A stretch of DNA of 53,610 nt, filler included, from Jimgerdemannia flammicorona (taxonomy: Eukaryota): NCBI GenBank assembly GCA_003990765.1. It is 2 parts of 2 records of this genome, joined end to end, with 100 filler letters (N's around TTAATTAATTAA, not from the genome) between each part and the next. Parts side by side here need not be neighbours in the genome. Positions count along the whole stretch, not along the records: positions 26,860 to 53,610 come from RBNJ01000699.1; 1 more part is not named here. One strand, written 5' to 3'. Below the pieces are notes generated by a model. The model made no database searches. It was given only the letters and a program-made list of their open reading frames with translations, and had not been told where the DNA came from. Both the position numbers and the translations under genes were made by a program. Below are positions 50,150-53,610 of the stretch, in pieces (the stretch's first letter is position 1; every line of letters begins with the position of its first letter).

Positions 50150-52940
50150 AATTAGATTCGGCGAGAAGAGCATTTGGGTTTCGCAAATGGGGAGAGGGGA
50201 AATGTATATATGTGAATGCCATTAAAGTTACAGCTAGCTAAATTTTTTCGAGCTTGTGCTATGTACCAGTGTTCCGATCCCAATACCTTCTCACGGATTA
50301 CCAGCACCCGTTCGTACAGTGGCCTAGCTTTGTCGTACCCCCCCTGGCGGCGGTAGAGCACAGCTAGGTTGTTCAGAGATTGTGCTGTGTCTGGATGCGC
50401 ACCCGTTCGTTCAGAGGCCTAGCCTTGTCGTACCCTCCCTGGCGGCAGTAGAGCACAGCTAGGTTGTTCAAAGATTGTGCTGTGTCTGGATGCTCCGATC
50501 CCGATACCTTCACACGGATCGCCAGCGCTCGTTTGTGCAACGGCTGCGCCTTGTCGCATTTTGCCCAGGCCGTAGTAGATCCCAGCCAGATTGTCCAGAG
50601 CTTTTGCCGTGTATGGATGCTCTGATCCCAACACCTTTTCATGGAGCGCCAGCATCCGTTCGTACAGCGGCTCCACCCTTTAGTACTTGCCCTGGGGTTT
50701 GTAGAGCAAAGCCAGGTTACCAGAGATTTTGCCGTGTATGGGTGCTCTGATCCCAATCCATTCTCACGGATCACGATGCAGTCATATTGTTCGGAGATGT
50801 TGCCGTGATTGGGTGTTCTGATCCCAATACCTTCTCACAGATCGCCAGCGCCCGTTCATACAGCGGTTCCGCCTTGTTGTGCTTCGCAGATTGTTCAGAA
50901 ATGCCATGATTGGGGTTCTGATCCCAATACCTTCTCACAGATAGCCAGCGCCCATTCGAACAGCGGCTCCGCCTTGCCGTACTTCGTAAACCCCAGCCAG
51001 ATTGTTCAGAAATGCCGTGATTGGGTGTCCTGATCCCAATACCTTCTCACAGATCGCCAGCGCTCATTCGTACAGCGGCTCCGCCTTGCCGTACTTCGTA
51101 AACCCCAGTCAGATTGTTCAGAAATGCCGTGATTGGGTGTTCTGATCTCACGGATCGCCAGCGCTCGTTCGTACAGCGGCTCCGCCATGTCGTACTTCGT
51201 AAACCCCAGCCAAATTGTTCAGAAATGCCGTGATTGGGTGTTCTGATCCCAATACCTTCTCACAGATAGCCAGCGCTCGTTCTCCGCCTTGCCGTACTTC
51301 GTAAACCCCAGCCAGATTGTTCAGAAATGCCGTGATTGGGTGTTCTGTCCCAATACCTTCTCACAGATCGTTCGTAAAGCGGCTCCGCCTTGTCGTGCTT
51401 CGTAAACCCCAGCCAGATTGTTCAGAAATGCCGTGATTGGGTGTTCTGATCTCAATACCTTCTCACAGATCGCCAGCACTCGTTCGTACAGCGGCTCCGC
51501 CTTGTCGTACTTCGTAAAACCCCAGCCAGATTGTCCAGAAATGCCATAATTGGGTGTTCTGATCCCAATACCTTCGCCAGCGCTCGTTCGTACAGCGGCT
51601 CCGCCTTGTTGTACTTCGTAAACCCAATAACTTCTCACAGATCACCAGCACCCGTTCATACAGCGGTTCCGCCTTGTCGTACTACGTAAACCCCAGCCAG
51701 ATTGTTCAAAAATGCCGTGATTGGGTGTTCTGATCCCAATACCTTCTCACAGATCGCGTACTTCGTAAACCTCAGCCAGATTGTTCAGAAATATTGCCGT
51801 GGCTGGGTGATCTGATCCTAACACCTTCTCAATGATCACCAGCGCCCGTTCGCACAGCGACTCTGCGTTGTTGTACTTGCCCTGGCGTTTGTAGAGCCCA
51901 GCCAAATTATTCAAAAATGTCGGTGTCGGGATGCTCTGATCCAACACCTTGCTCTCCTTATCGTACTTGTCTTGGCATTGGTAGAGCATGGCCAGATCGT
52001 TCAGAGATGTTGCCATGTCTAGGTGCTCTGATGCCAACACCTTCTCACAGATCGCTAGCGCTCGTTCGCACAGCGGCTCCGCCATGTTGTATTTGCCTTG
52101 GCTTCGTAAAAGCGTGACAAGATTGTTCAAGGATCGCCAGCGCCTATTCGTACGCCAGCTCCACCTTGTCGTCCTTGCCCTGTCTTTGTAGATTGTTCAA
52201 AGATGTTGCCGTATCTCGGTGCTCTGCTCCCAACACATTCTCACGGATCGCCAGCGCCTGTTCGTACACTTGTCGTCCTTGCCCTGTCTTTTGTAGATTG
52301 TTCAGAGGTGTTGCCGTGTCTCGGTGCTCTGCTCCCAACAAATTCTCACGGATCGCCAGCGCCTGTTCGTACACCAGCTCCGCCTTGTTGTCCTTGCCCT
52401 GTCTTTTGTAGATTGTTCAGGGATGTTGCCGTGTCTCGGTGCTCTGTTCCCAACACATTCTCACGGAATCGCCAGCGCCTGTTCGTACAATGGCTCCGCG
52501 TTGTAGAGTAAAGCTAGATGTTTCAGCGCTGATGTCGTGTCTGGGTGCACTGATCCCAACACCTTTTTATGGATCGCTAGCGGCCGTTCGTACAGTGGCT
52601 CCGTCTTGTCGTACATAACCTTTTTGTTATGTCTGGGTGCTCTGATACCAATGCCTTTTCACGAATCGCCAGCACCCGTTCGTACAGCGGCTCCGCCTTG
52701 TAGTACCCCTTTTTTCGAAGAGCAAAGCTAGAATGTTCAGCACTGACACCATGTCTGGGTGCTCTAATCCTAACACCTTTTCACGGATCGCCAGCGCCCG
52801 TTTGTACAGCGGTTCGCCTTGCCGTACATGCCCCTGTCGTTGTAGAGCAACGCTATCTTGTTCAGCGCTGATGCCTCGTCTGGGTGTGTTCTGCTCTTCC
52901 AATTCCTTGTCACTGATCGCCAGCGCTCGTTCGTACGATG
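50150..52940 (-). pseudogene. Frameshifted tandem array of 42-aa TPR repeats (kinesin-light-chain / NLR type)
   Basis: Repeated AEPLYERALAICEKVLGSEHP..A..LNNLA fragments across all three minus frames; no NB-ARC domain visible upstream. Confidence 0.85.
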
Positions 52941-53610
52941 TTCCGTGCAACCCAAACCCGTGACCAGCCAGACCCAAGACCAAAATCAAATAAAATCACC
53001 AAAGTATAGAATATATATATGTATTCAACAAATTCTAAATTAACTTTGTTTTTAAAATTTAAGCTTATATAATAAAATTAGAATTTAAATTAATGTTCAA
53101 ACCCAATACTATTAAGCATTTAATTAGTTGACAAGATTTCACAAATGGCAGCTTTAACTTTGGTCGAGTCACGTGACACGATCTTTTAGACCACATAATT
53201 ATTGAATTTCATCGCATTTATTTTTGTAAGTGAAGAGAATCGCTGTAATTGGTGAATGGTGCTTCCTTGGTTCACACCCTACCAAACTCCATACCAAATA
53301 ACTTTTTTTCATCATCCTCATTCTTTCGTGATCAGATTTTTCCCGATCCATGCGGACGGTACGCTAACAAGAGACAAACCAAATAGCAAAAACAGAAGCA
53401 AAACACAAAAATAAATGCAAGCACCAAGCTAATTACATACACCGCGTGTCCAAACAAGACGCGATGAGGGGAGGAGTGTTGGGGTTGTAATACGGGATGA
53501 TGATTACATGTACAGGCGGAAAAGTAGTGGATAGAATAAGAACAGGGAAATGAAAATCAGAATGTTCCTCGAAGAGGAGAAACATGATTAAGAAAGGGGA
53601 ATGAAAAAAA

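Noticed and set aside
50150..52940. CRISPR-like appearance of the regular repeats here and at 31420-32620
   Set aside because: No unique spacers; units translate to TPR or LRR protein repeats; eukaryotic context with no cas genes.

Overview
Eukaryotic, intron-rich fungal DNA; gene style and TE content suggest an early-diverging Mucoromycota fungus (inference only). The window is two contigs of almost equal length (1-26759 and 26860-53610) joined by an artificial N-TTAATTAATTAA-N linker, so no linkage across 26760-26859 can be assumed. Contig 1: an intact 9-exon Argonaute gene (D-E-D-D PIWI tetrad) lies among decayed Ty3/Gypsy LTR retrotransposons. These are three same-strand copies of 'family A' at different stages of C>T/G>A decay, and a second, unrelated 'family B' element nested in one of them. 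Both families carry three shared accessory modules in different arrangements: a dUTPase, a C-x-H-x12-C-x2-C motif and a homologous unknown ORF. That ORF lies after integrase in A but inside a ~2.06-kb LTR in B. Contig 2 holds hAT-like MITEs with 8-bp TSDs, a histone H3 retrocopy with a 15-bp TSD, a disrupted NLR-like gene (CHAT, NB-ARC-type ATPase, Sel1, ankyrin, and LRRs on 84-nt exons), UDP-glucose 4-epimerase, an M16 metalloprotease and a frameshifted TPR tandem array. The best candidates for novelty are the shared retroelement accessory modules and the LRR-bearing CHAT-NLR.
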